64,000 nt of DNA from Candidatus Moraniibacteriota bacterium. GTDB taxonomy: Bacteria; Patescibacteriota; Minisyncoccia; Moranbacterales; UBA2206. Shown piece after piece: positions 17,147-26,086 of the stretch. A program made the position numbers and the translations under genes. The stretch is from positions 167,411 to 231,410 of the forward strand of contig JAUSNP010000003.1 of NCBI GenBank assembly GCA_030645735.1. Direction: 5' to 3'. Below the pieces are notes generated by a model that searched no databases, was not told where the DNA came from, and worked only from the letters and a program-made list of their open reading frames with translations. The first letter of the stretch is position 1, and the number at the start of each line of letters is the position of its first letter.

Positions 17147-18421
17147 ATGAAAATTAAATTAGTCATAGGTTTATTCTTGTTGTCGATATTTTTGTTGGTT
17201 CCAACAATTAGTCTGGCTGTTGATGGGGATTATGGCAGTGTTAATTTGGCGCCAGCCAACAATGCTGCTGGCGGACTGGTGCCATGTGGAAATGGTGGCG
17301 TGGAAACTGCTTGTACGCTGTGTCACTTCGTGATTGGTTTTCAAAATCTGGTGAATTTTATGCTGAAGCTGGTGATTACGATGGGGTTTGTGGGGATTTT
17401 TGCGGCGGGTGTGATGTATATCATTTCGGCGGGTGATGACAAAATGATGGGCAGCGCCAAGAGCGCCTTGACTGCTAGTCTAATTGGATTTGGTATCGTG
17501 ATGGGGGCATGGCTGATTGTGAATGTGACCATCTGGGCTCTGGGCGCCAACATTGGTGTGGCCACAGGACAAAATTGGTATGATTTTAATTGTTCGACAA
17601 GAAGTTCGACAGTTCCAAATTCAGCACCGGTGGTGACAGCAGAAAATTGTTGTGTTGTTGGACCTGGTCGTTGCTCTCATGTGAAAGATTCTAGTGAATG
17701 TTCATCTGGAACATATAAAACTGGATCCTGTGCAGACATAGCAGATTGTCTAAATGGCGGTACAGAATGTGGAATAGGTGGAATTGGACAATGTAAATCG
17801 GGCGTACTTCCGGGAACTTGTCCAGATGGTTGGAGTGCTACGATGGGAAATCTTTCCAACCCGTGTGTCAGTGGTACAAAATGCTGTGCAAAAAATGGTG
17901 AGGCCCCTGAAACATGTGCAGGTGGTTCTGGAAAGTGTTTTTATGGTTCACTTGTTTGTCCATTAGGATATGGTAATAGTCTTGGATTATGTTCAGCGTC
18001 AACATCCGCCTGTTGTGCAAAGAATGGTGAATCAACTGAAGTCTGTGCAGGTGGTGCAGGTAAATGTTTCAACGGCACAAGTGTTTGTCCGACAGGGTAT
18101 ACTAGTAATGTTGGTACTTGTTCAACAGCACAGTCCGTATGTTGCACATCTCCCGCAACTGTTGCCCCTGGAATTGTATGTGGCATAAATAGTTTAGGAG
18201 AATGTAAGGCCGGAATTTGTCCAGATAACTATAGTGTGATATTGGGGAGTCCAACTAACCCTTGTCCAAATGGAACAAATTGTTGCGCGAAGAGTGGTGA
18301 ATCAACTGAGACTTGTGCTGGTGGTGCAGGTAAATGTTTTTATGGCACTAGCTCATGTCCTCCTAATCGCACACGTACTGTTGGTATATGTTCGGCGTTG
18401 CAATCGGCTTGTTGTAAATAA
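17147..18421 (+). CDS. T4SS-pilin-like (VirB2/TrbC-like) secreted membrane protein with 4 C-terminal Cys-rich ~45-aa tandem repeats
   Basis: Signal peptide; LVPCGNGG...CTLCHFVIGFQNLVNFMLKLVITMGFVGIFAAGVMYIISAGDDKMMGSAKSALTASLIGFGIV; then 4x CCAKNGE..E.CAGG.GKCF.G...CP.GY.....CS....CC. Confidence 0.65.
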   Translation: MKIKLVIGLFLLSIFLLVPTISLAVDGDYGSVNLAPANNAAGGLVPCGNGGVETACTLCHFVIGFQNLVNFMLKLVITMGFVGIFAAGVMYIISAGDDKMMGSAKSALTASLIGFGIVMGAWLIVNVTIWALGANIGVATGQNWYDFNCSTRSSTVPNSAPVVTAENCCVVGPGRCSHVKDSSECSSGTYKTGSCADIADCLNGGTECGIGGIGQCKSGVLPGTCPDGWSATMGNLSNPCVSGTKCCAKNGEAPETCAGGSGKCFYGSLVCPLGYGNSLGLCSASTSACCAKNGESTEVCAGGAGKCFNGTSVCPTGYTSNVGTCSTAQSVCCTSPATVAPGIVCGINSLGECKAGICPDNYSVILGSPTNPCPNGTNCCAKSGESTETCAGGAGKCFYGTSSCPPNRTRTVGICSALQSACCK

Positions 18422-18435
18422 TTTTAAATAAAAAA

Positions 18436-19257
18436 ATGAAAATCAAAATAATCACGATTTTATTTCTGCTGGGATTTTTTACTGCAAATGTTACAAGTGC
18501 AGCCGGCATAATAGAAGATATGGCAAATAGCGCTACGCAAAATGCAACAACCTATGTTGAAAACGCAGCAGCTGACAAAGTAAATGATCTAAAAGCTCAG
18601 GCAACGGGACAGGTTATGGAGCAAATTAACAAATATGCCCCATCAACAACCGCAACAACCTCAACGCCAGTGGCGCAACCAGTTGCTAGTTCTGGTACAG
18701 TATCGAGTACAGGTGCATGTGGCGCAAATCAATTTTGCAATCCATTGGGCAACGTGAACACTGTGTCGGGTGTGTTGAGCAACATCCTCAGCAATTTGAA
18801 AGGCGTCATCGCCAGCATCGCCATTGTATTTATTGTGGTGGGTGGCTTTATGTATATTCTTTCAGCTGGTGACGAGAAGATGATCACCAAAGCCAAAGCT
18901 ACAATTGGTGGCGCTTTGATTGGTTTGGCTATCGCTTTGGCGGCGCCAACATTCCTAAAAGAAATTGTGGCGATTCTGTCCACGGGCGATGGTGCTAGTG
19001 CTGATGCTGCCGTGGCTGCCGCGCCAACAATCAAGCAAATCGCGACCAGAGTTTTGAATTTACTGTTGTCGCTTGTCGGAATTATTGCTATGATTGGTTT
19101 AGTGATTGGTGGTTCATTTTATCTCACTGCCTATGGAGATGAAAAGAAAATTGAAACTGGTAAAAAGATTATTACCAATTCAATGATTGGAATTGCCGTA
19201 GCAATGATAGCCTTGGTGCTGGTGAGACAAATCGCTGGATTGCTAGGAGTTCAATAA
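18436..19257 (+). CDS. Pilin-like protein with two tandem VirB2/TrbC-like two-TM modules
   Basis: Signal peptide. Two copies of L..L.G.I..I..V.GG..Y....GDEK.I..AK....G.LIG.AIA motif. Confidence 0.6.
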   Translation: MKIKIITILFLLGFFTANVTSAAGIIEDMANSATQNATTYVENAAADKVNDLKAQATGQVMEQINKYAPSTTATTSTPVAQPVASSGTVSSTGACGANQFCNPLGNVNTVSGVLSNILSNLKGVIASIAIVFIVVGGFMYILSAGDEKMITKAKATIGGALIGLAIALAAPTFLKEIVAILSTGDGASADAAVAAAPTIKQIATRVLNLLLSLVGIIAMIGLVIGGSFYLTAYGDEKKIETGKKIITNSMIGIAVAMIALVLVRQIAGLLGVQ

Positions 19258-19279
19258 ATTTGAAAAAATAAAAAAACAA

Positions 19280-19368
19280 GCCGATGCGAATCTACGAAAG
19301 TACACGAATCTACGAACCATTTTCGTATATTTCGTAGATTCGCATTGAATTCGTAGTTTCGAATCGGC
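19280..19368. promoter_or_regulatory. ~90-bp imperfect palindrome built from four copies of a 12-mer (CGAATCTACGAA x2 direct, TTCGTAGATTCG x2 inverted) upstream of pilin-like gene 19393
   Basis: gccgatgcgaatctacgaaagtacacgaatctacgaa...ttcgtagattcgc...ttcgtagtttcgaatcggc. Confidence 0.5.
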
Positions 19369-19392
19369 ATAATCTAGAAAGGTGGGTGTAAT

Positions 19393-19755
19393 ATGAAAAA
19401 TAAAATTAAAGCATTAGCTTCTGCTTCAGCATTGACGATGATGGCTTTGCCAGCTTTGGTTTCTGCAGCGCCAGCATTTCAAGCGCCTGCTGGAACCGGT
19501 TTGCCAGAAGGATCAATCACCGGAATCATCACTAACATTATGAACTGGCTTTTGATGCTAGTTGGAATCATCGGTGTGATTGGTTTCGCAATCTCTGGTA
19601 TTCTATATATGACAGCGGCTGGAGATGAAGGACGAATTGAACAAGCCAAATCTGCCATGATGTATTCCATTATTGGAGTTATCGTAGCAATTATTGGAGT
19701 TGTTGTTATCAAAGCGGCTCAAGGATTGTTGGGTGGATCAAACTCATCATTCTAA
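19393..19755 (+). CDS. Pilin-like VirB2/TrbC-like small secreted membrane protein
   Basis: Signal peptide ...ALVSAAPA; GIITNIMNWLLMLVGIIGVIGFAISGILYMTAAGDEGRIEQAKSAMMYSIIGVIVAIIGVVVIKA. Confidence 0.6.
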   Translation: MKNKIKALASASALTMMALPALVSAAPAFQAPAGTGLPEGSITGIITNIMNWLLMLVGIIGVIGFAISGILYMTAAGDEGRIEQAKSAMMYSIIGVIVAIIGVVVIKAAQGLLGGSNSSF

Positions 19756-19882
19756 CCGACATTTCTATACTAAAAAACGACCTGTGGATAACTGGTCGTT
19801 TTTTAATTTTTTAGACTAGAATTTTTTTTGAAAAGTGGTATAATATAAATAGTAAAATAAATTTTTAAATAAACAAAAAACA

Positions 19883-20332
19883 ATGATTAAAAAAATAAAA
19901 GTAGCGTTGTTGTTGGTGGCAGTATATTTTGTGGTGTCTCCCGTGAGTGCGTCTGCATATTCTTGCTTCCCAATCCCGCTCCCTGGTTGCACAACTCCTG
20001 GTTTGCCCGGCGTAGATTTCGGTGGTTCTGGTGGTGGAATAAATGGTGGATGGTCGACAGGCAATGTTTCTGGCTATGGCCTGCCAGAAGGCTCAATCAC
20101 AGGTATCATTGAAAACATTTTAGTGTGGCTGTTGATGATGTTTGGAATCATCGGCATAATTGGGTTTGTAATCTCAGGACTCATGTATGTTTTAGCAGCT
20201 GGTGATGAAAAAACGATTGAGAAAGCTAAATCAGCTATGAAAAATTCAGCCATCGGTGTGATTGTTGGAATTTCCGGTTTTGTGATTATCAAAGCAGTCG
20301 ACACCATTCTCAACGCTTATAGCGGAGTTTAA
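19883..20332 (+). CDS. Pilin-like VirB2/TrbC-like small secreted membrane protein
   Basis: Very similar to the 19393 product: GIIENILVWLLMMFGIIGIIGFVISGLMYVLAAGDEKTIEKAKSAMKNSAIGVIVGISGFVIIKA. Confidence 0.6.
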   Translation: MIKKIKVALLLVAVYFVVSPVSASAYSCFPIPLPGCTTPGLPGVDFGGSGGGINGGWSTGNVSGYGLPEGSITGIIENILVWLLMMFGIIGIIGFVISGLMYVLAAGDEKTIEKAKSAMKNSAIGVIVGISGFVIIKAVDTILNAYSGV

Positions 20333-20351
20333 TATTTTTTTAAATAAAAAA

Positions 20352-21314
20352 GTGAAAATAAAAATCATTATTTTTTTAGCAGTAATTGCCATTGTATTTT
20401 TTGGTAAGCCTGATAGTACTCACGCCTCGAATTGTTCAGGTAGATGCGGGTTGATGTGTACAGTAAATGAAAATGTGTCATCGGATGCTTTTGAATATTG
20501 TGACGCTGCTGGAGAGCAGTGTTGCAAACCCAAACCAGAATGTGATCCAACAATGCCTGGTTGTGGTGGCACAACATCAGCTAAAGCGCCAGCGACCGTG
20601 GGCAACGCTTGTGGAGGAACGCCAGATTCTTTTTGCGAAGCTGGATCATTTTTTTGCTCAACTGGCAGAACGCGTGATTTTACAAAAGGAAGTGTATCTT
20701 GCGTGAGCGGATCTATATGTTGTAAGAACGATGTGAAGACAGGAACATCATCAACATATTCAACAACGGCCAACTCAAGTGCTAATTATCTTAATGAAGG
20801 TGATGCATGTGGAGCATCTGCCACTAGTTCTAAGATATGTAATACAACATTAAGGTTGTCTTGCGTATGTGGCACAGACGCCTCAGTCGCAGCCGCTTGT
20901 CGTTGTCAAAAAAGTTCTGGAGGCGGAACATCTGGTTTGACTTCTGAAAACAAATCTGGTGGCGGAACATCTGGTTTAACTCCTGAGGCTAATCAATATG
21001 ACTCTCCCGCGCTAACTCAGGCAGATTTTGATACAATCGCTGGACAAACTGGCTTGCCTGCTCCAGTTGGTGGTATTAAAAGTATCTTGAAAAATTTATT
21101 GATTTGGTTATTGGAAATTGTGGGTGTAGTTGCTTTGATTGGCTTTGTGATTGCTGGCACTCAATATATTTTGGCTTCGGGCGATGAAAAATTAGCCGAA
21201 GCAGGCAAAAAGAATATGACTTATGCAATTATCGGGATGGTGGTGGTGTTGTCATCGTTTGTGGTTATTAAAGCGATTGATTATGCTCTGCGAGCTAGCT
21301 CCTCGGCATTTTAG
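20352..21314 (+). CDS. Cys-rich secreted protein with C-terminal VirB2/TrbC-like pilin module
   Basis: Signal peptide; Cys-rich N-terminal region; SGGGTSGLT direct repeat; C-terminal IKSILKNLLIWLLEIVGVVALIGFVIAGTQYILASGDEKLAEAGKKNMTYAIIGMVVVLSSFVVIKA. Confidence 0.6.
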   Translation: MKIKIIIFLAVIAIVFFGKPDSTHASNCSGRCGLMCTVNENVSSDAFEYCDAAGEQCCKPKPECDPTMPGCGGTTSAKAPATVGNACGGTPDSFCEAGSFFCSTGRTRDFTKGSVSCVSGSICCKNDVKTGTSSTYSTTANSSANYLNEGDACGASATSSKICNTTLRLSCVCGTDASVAAACRCQKSSGGGTSGLTSENKSGGGTSGLTPEANQYDSPALTQADFDTIAGQTGLPAPVGGIKSILKNLLIWLLEIVGVVALIGFVIAGTQYILASGDEKLAEAGKKNMTYAIIGMVVVLSSFVVIKAIDYALRASSSAF

Positions 21315-21334
21315 ATATTTTTAGAAAATTAAAA

Positions 21335-21368
21335 AAGGCGCCTCCCATGAATCTGGGTTGCGCCTTTT
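21335..21368. terminator. Bidirectional rho-independent terminator
   Basis: aaaaaaggcgcctcccatgaatctgggttgcgcctttttt. Confidence 0.7.
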
Positions 21369-21384
21369 TTGAAGCCATCGGATC

Positions 21385-22638
21385 TCAACCGATAAACTTC
21401 ATGCGGAAAGCTATGGTGTTAGCATTTCCGTTTAAATTCCATGATCCAGTGGCCTCACGGTCTGAAAGAGGCTGAACTGAAACAACGCCTTTGCCATTAA
21501 ACGGATCGGACAATGTGCCCTCGTAGTGATTGTTTACTACGGATCCATCGAATGTTGTTCCAGTTTTTTTGCCTACGATGTGAATGGTTGTATCGGCTTT
21601 CTGCACAACCATGTCTTCACCCACTGCCTCGTCATCGACTATACAGCTGAGATGCCAAAGTCCTAAGCGCATGGTAGGCAGGGCTGCTACTTCCACTGGC
21701 TTTTCAGCTGGCGGAATGGCTTGCACATAGGTCGTGTTGTACACGATCGTTTGCGCGGGGGCAGGAGTGACCACGTCAGGCGCAGCTTTCGCTTCGACCT
21801 GTTTGGTCTCGGGAATCAGGCTCACGATGGTGTTGGAAACTTCCGTGAGCTTCACCGCAGCTTTCGCTGGTAAAGTCTGACTGTCGCGCTCAGCCCGGGC
21901 GGCTTTCAGAAAAGCCAGTTCCTTGGGAGTGAGTTCCTCGCCAGCTTCAACCTTGTCTTGGAGTTTCGCGATGATTTCTGCATTCTTCTTGTCGCGAGTA
22001 TCAGCCTGAGCTTTATCCAGATTGAGAATGGCCTTTTCAGTCCGTCTAATCTGGAAGCTCATTTCCTTGCCAGTCAACCAATAGTACATCGGCTGGCTAA
22101 CCAGAGAGAGAAGATTGATACTTAGCAGGATAACTGCCGAGCAGGTCACAACTTTCCGCCAGATACTTCTTTCACTGATGGCGGAGAAAATTGTGATGGT
22201 GGAGATGATGGCAAATACTGCCATCGGATTGACTCCCGCAGGAACACCCCCGAGATACATGAAGGGGATGTTGATCCAAGCAACTATCAGCCAGACATTT
22301 TTCTTGTACTGTGACCAGATCGTATGTTGGGGGTCAGTTGGTGGAAGGTAGCGCGCTTGCGCTATGTTGGAAATTCCCGTGATTGCCAGTACTTCTGGTG
22401 AAAATGCGATTACCAAGAAAACCATTGTGAGCAGTAGCCCGAATACATACGGGACATAGCCGAGCCAGGAGCTCCAATCCCATCGGCTAACGCCGATGTT
22501 CAGGAGATAGCTGATAAGCAATGCCGGAAGCATTACAATCAGCATGAATCTGACGAGACGATCGTAGGCAATCCGTATTTGACTAACGGTTGCACCAGTA
22601 AAACCAATTGAAGCAATGATAAAACGGAAAATGTTCAT
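21385..22638 (-). CDS. Hypothetical integral membrane protein (N-terminal multi-TM, C-terminal soluble domain)
   Basis: 417 aa. Hydrophobic N-terminal half. Local GC is clearly higher than the window average. Confidence 0.5.
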   Translation of the reverse strand: MNIFRFIIASIGFTGATVSQIRIAYDRLVRFMLIVMLPALLISYLLNIGVSRWDWSSWLGYVPYVFGLLLTMVFLVIAFSPEVLAITGISNIAQARYLPPTDPQHTIWSQYKKNVWLIVAWINIPFMYLGGVPAGVNPMAVFAIISTITIFSAISERSIWRKVVTCSAVILLSINLLSLVSQPMYYWLTGKEMSFQIRRTEKAILNLDKAQADTRDKKNAEIIAKLQDKVEAGEELTPKELAFLKAARAERDSQTLPAKAAVKLTEVSNTIVSLIPETKQVEAKAAPDVVTPAPAQTIVYNTTYVQAIPPAEKPVEVAALPTMRLGLWHLSCIVDDEAVGEDMVVQKADTTIHIVGKKTGTTFDGSVVNNHYEGTLSDPFNGKGVVSVQPLSDREATGSWNLNGNANTIAFRMKFIG

Positions 22639-22649
22639 GCGACTGCCTC

Positions 22650-23333
22650 CTAGCAGAAGATTTTTTCGAGAATTCCACCAAGCCAGTTGCCGAAGATACC
22701 TCGGAGGTGGCCCTGATGTTTTGGCATTGAAGTTGTTGTAGTATTAATTTCATCAGCCCATACGCCAAGTTTTGCATCGAAAAGCAAGCACTTTTCTTTG
22801 GCAAAATCAATAACTTCTTGCTGATGATTTTGCAACCACTCCAAACCTTCATGCCATTTCTGAGCCATCTTTGCGGATATTGCATCCGCATTGATGAGAT
22901 TGCCCATGATGCATTGACGCTTGGCTTCATCGATACCGACAGTGGTGATTGTGCCAGAAAGGCACTTCAAGAAAGCAACTGCACGAGACTCAGTCTCGAT
23001 GGTTGTTGTATCCTTGCCACCTTTTCCACTGCCAGGAACAGTTTTTTTCACTTCGCGTTTGGGCATGCCAATGATGACATAGCGAAAGCTGTTTCTTTCG
23101 TGTTTTGCGATAGACCCAAGAAAATCCGTAATGTTTTTTTGTTCGACCGCGTCCAATGCCGGCCAAATGTCTGCCCAGACTCTTTCATCTTCATAGGACA
23201 GTCCAAGAAACATTGGCAGCTTTTCTTTGAGACTCGGCGGTGCCTTGTCAAGCAACGAATGAGCCGTGTTGTAGGCCATAAGTAGCCATTCAATAGCTTC
23301 AGTAATGCCTTTAAACGCAGTCATGCTAACCAT
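22650..23333 (-). CDS. Hypothetical cytoplasmic protein (co-operonic with 21385..22638)
   Basis: 227 aa. 12-bp gap to the downstream gene. Elevated GC. Confidence 0.5.
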   Translation of the reverse strand: MVSMTAFKGITEAIEWLLMAYNTAHSLLDKAPPSLKEKLPMFLGLSYEDERVWADIWPALDAVEQKNITDFLGSIAKHERNSFRYVIIGMPKREVKKTVPGSGKGGKDTTTIETESRAVAFLKCLSGTITTVGIDEAKRQCIMGNLINADAISAKMAQKWHEGLEWLQNHQQEVIDFAKEKCLLFDAKLGVWADEINTTTTSMPKHQGHLRGIFGNWLGGILEKIFC

Positions 23334-23575
23334 AGGGTTATCTCCTTGCAGTGTTTGTGATATTAAATTTTCAAGGTGCTAGCCACGACGGCCAGTCACC
23401 AGTTCTTTACTGATAACTATAAATCTTAGCATAAATTGGGGTGGAAGTCAAGAGTAGGGAGGTTTTTGGCTCAAGAAAGCCTTGTTTTGGGAGAAGGATT
23501 TTTGATTGTTAAACAATAAGACGGATAGGACAAATAGGACTGATGGAAATGGCAAACCCTCCGATTCTGGTTAGA

Positions 23576-23603
23576 TTGACAAGTCGGGAAATTCTGCTAT
23601 ACT
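23576..23603 (+). promoter_or_regulatory. sigma70-like promoter TTGACA-N16-TATACT (tgctatact) in nusA leader
   Basis: ttgacaagtcgggaaattctgctatact. Confidence 0.55.
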
Positions 23604-23629
23604 GAGAAAGTACTGAGTGAAGAGTGATT

Positions 23630-23657
23630 GGTCCGCGAGAGCGGGTCATTTTTTTTA
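23630..23657 (+). terminator. Leader hairpin + U-tract (ggtccgcgagagcgggtc-atttttttt) between promoter and nusA start; candidate attenuator
   Basis: GC stem with two G-U pairs followed by T8, about 60 bp upstream of the nusA ATG. Confidence 0.45.
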
Positions 23658-23719
23658 AGAAACTAACTAAACAAGAGGACCATTAGGACAAATAGGACTG
23701 ATGGAAATCGTAAAAAAAC

Positions 23720-24961
23720 ATGGCTAAGAAAAAAGTAGCAAAAGAGGAAGAAGCGGAGTCAGGACGATTGGGAGACTTCGGCAGTGCAATTTCTGCATTG
23801 TGTGAAGAAAAAGGAATTTCTAAAGAAAAAGTTGTCGAGACAATTGAAGCAGCTTTGGCTGCAGCGTACAAAAAAGACTATGGCAAAAAAGGTCAGAACA
23901 TCAAAGCAGTTTTCAACGACAAGACTGGTGGAGCTGATTTCTTTTTGGTGAAAGAAGTTGTCGATGAGACAAATCGTGAATTTGTGGAAGAAGTGGAGGG
24001 CGGCGCTGAAGAGGAGGTCAAGGGGGTGAAGGAGGAAAAGGTAGCGGAAGATGGGGAAGAAAGATTGCCAAGATACAATTCTGAGCGTGATTTGACAGTG
24101 GAAGAAGCCAAGGCAATCAAGAAAGGTGCTAAAGTCGGTGATGTAATTGAAATTGAATTGGAGAAACATCAAGACTATGGACGAGTAGCGGCACAAACTG
24201 CTAAACAAGTGATCATTCAAAGAATTCGGGAAGCGGAAAGAGATTCAATGTTTGAAGAATATAAGAATCGCGAAGGTGAAATCATTGGTGGTGTGGTGCA
24301 ACGGGTGGAAGGTCGCAATGTTTTCATTGATCTTGGAAAATCAGTGGGCGTTCTTTTCCCATCTGAACAAGCACCAAATGAAAATTATCGCATTGGACAA
24401 AGACTGAAAGTATATTTGGCAAAAGTTGAGGCTGGCTCAAAAGGACCTGGCATCACTTTGAGTCGTATTCATGGTGAAATGGTGCGTCGCTTGTTTGAAT
24501 TGGAAGTGCCAGAAATTTTTGCGGGCACAGTTGAAATCAAATCAATTGCGCGAGAAGCAGGAGAGCGAACTAAGCTTGCCGTGTTCTCAAGTGAAGATGG
24601 TATTGATCCAATTGGGTCTTGCGTCGGACAAAAGGGAACTCGTGTACAAGCAGTGATCGATGAATTGGGTGGAGAAAAAATTGACATCATTTTGTGGAAT
24701 GAGGATATCGCTAAATTTATTGCTGCAGCCTTGTCACCAGCTAAGGTTTTGAAAGTTGAAGTTAATGAAGAAACAAAAGAAGCTTCAGTGTCTGTGCCAG
24801 ATGATCAATTGTCATTGGCAATTGGCAAGCGTGGGCAGAATGTGCGTTTGGCTGCCAAATTGACTGGTTGGAAAATTGATATTGTGGGTATCAAGCCAGC
24901 TGGAGAAGTTGTGGCGGAAGAAGCGGAAGTTGCAACAACTGAAGAAGTTTCTGCGGAATAA
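23720..24961 (+). CDS. nusA: Transcription termination/antitermination factor NusA
   Basis: N-terminal domain, S1 domain, two KH domains (GQKGTRVQAVIDELGGEKIDII; IGKRGQNVRLAAKLTGWKIDI). Confidence 0.9.
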   Translation: MAKKKVAKEEEAESGRLGDFGSAISALCEEKGISKEKVVETIEAALAAAYKKDYGKKGQNIKAVFNDKTGGADFFLVKEVVDETNREFVEEVEGGAEEEVKGVKEEKVAEDGEERLPRYNSERDLTVEEAKAIKKGAKVGDVIEIELEKHQDYGRVAAQTAKQVIIQRIREAERDSMFEEYKNREGEIIGGVVQRVEGRNVFIDLGKSVGVLFPSEQAPNENYRIGQRLKVYLAKVEAGSKGPGITLSRIHGEMVRRLFELEVPEIFAGTVEIKSIAREAGERTKLAVFSSEDGIDPIGSCVGQKGTRVQAVIDELGGEKIDIILWNEDIAKFIAAALSPAKVLKVEVNEETKEASVSVPDDQLSLAIGKRGQNVRLAAKLTGWKIDIVGIKPAGEVVAEEAEVATTEEVSAE

Positions 24962-24987
24962 TAACTACTTTTATTTTAAAATAAAAT

Positions 24988-25914
24988 ATGAGCAAAATAA
25001 TTATTGTTGGACACAAAAATCCAGATACGGATTCAATTATCTCAGCCATTGCAGCACAAGAATTGTTTTCTAAACTTGGCTTTGAAGCTCAAGCGCGACG
25101 AGCAGGTGAGGCGAACAATGAAACGAAGTTTATTTTAGAAAAACTGGGAGTTGCAATGCCAGAATTGGCCAGTTCACTAAACGATGATGAAGCAGTCGTG
25201 CTAGTTGATCACAATGAAGAGTCACAATCATTTGATCAGATTGATTATACTAAAGTGCGTTATGTGATAGATCATCACAAGATGTCTATTAAAACCGATG
25301 GACCAATTTTTTGTCGCATCGAACCGATTGGCAGTACTTCTTCTTTGATTGCCAAAATGTTTTTTGAGAAAAAAATAGAAATCTCGGAAATAGTTGCGCA
25401 AATGTTGATGGCTGGAATTTTGTCTGACACCTTGAATCTGACTTCACCAACGACAACTACTGATGACAAGATTTTGTTAGAAGAGTTGAATGCGGTAGCT
25501 AAGATTGATGCGGAAAATTTTGTGGCAGAAATGTTCAAGGCCAAATCAAGTCTGGAGGGAATTTCAGTTGAAGACATCATCCGTATTGATTATAAGACTT
25601 TTGAGATGGGCAGTAATAATGTGGGCGTAGGAACTTGGGAAACAACAATGCCAGAAAGCGTGAATGAAAAAAAGTCAGAAATTATCCAGGCGCTTATAAA
25701 TGAGAAGATAGCCGCTAAATTGGATTACATCTTCTTTATGGTAGTGGATATTTTGAAACAGAATTGCCAATTATATTTGGTAGGAGAAAAAGAGATTGAA
25801 TTAGCTGCGCGAGTTTTTGGTGGAGAACTAGGTGAACAGGAAATGTTGTTGCCTGGCGTAGTTTCCCGCAAAAAACAAATTGTGCCACAGTTGACTGAAG
25901 CGCTGAGTAAATAA
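24988..25914 (+). CDS. ppaC: Manganese-dependent inorganic pyrophosphatase (family II, DHH-DHHA2)
   Basis: IIVGHKNPDTDSIISAIA...VDHNE...DHH pattern, 308 aa. Confidence 0.8.
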   Translation: MSKIIIVGHKNPDTDSIISAIAAQELFSKLGFEAQARRAGEANNETKFILEKLGVAMPELASSLNDDEAVVLVDHNEESQSFDQIDYTKVRYVIDHHKMSIKTDGPIFCRIEPIGSTSSLIAKMFFEKKIEISEIVAQMLMAGILSDTLNLTSPTTTTDDKILLEELNAVAKIDAENFVAEMFKAKSSLEGISVEDIIRIDYKTFEMGSNNVGVGTWETTMPESVNEKKSEIIQALINEKIAAKLDYIFFMVVDILKQNCQLYLVGEKEIELAARVFGGELGEQEMLLPGVVSRKKQIVPQLTEALSK

Positions 25915-26086
25915 TTTAAATTTTTTTAGACGAAGCATTTATTAATTTTTTTCGGAATAAACTCGGAAGTTTGTTTTGTAGCTAAAATTTTTCCTCTATA
26001 TTGTGCTGATGAAAATTTTAGACAAAAGAAACGTCCTCAAACAGGAATTCCTCAAAAATCAATAAAAGCTTCGTTGCATAATAACA

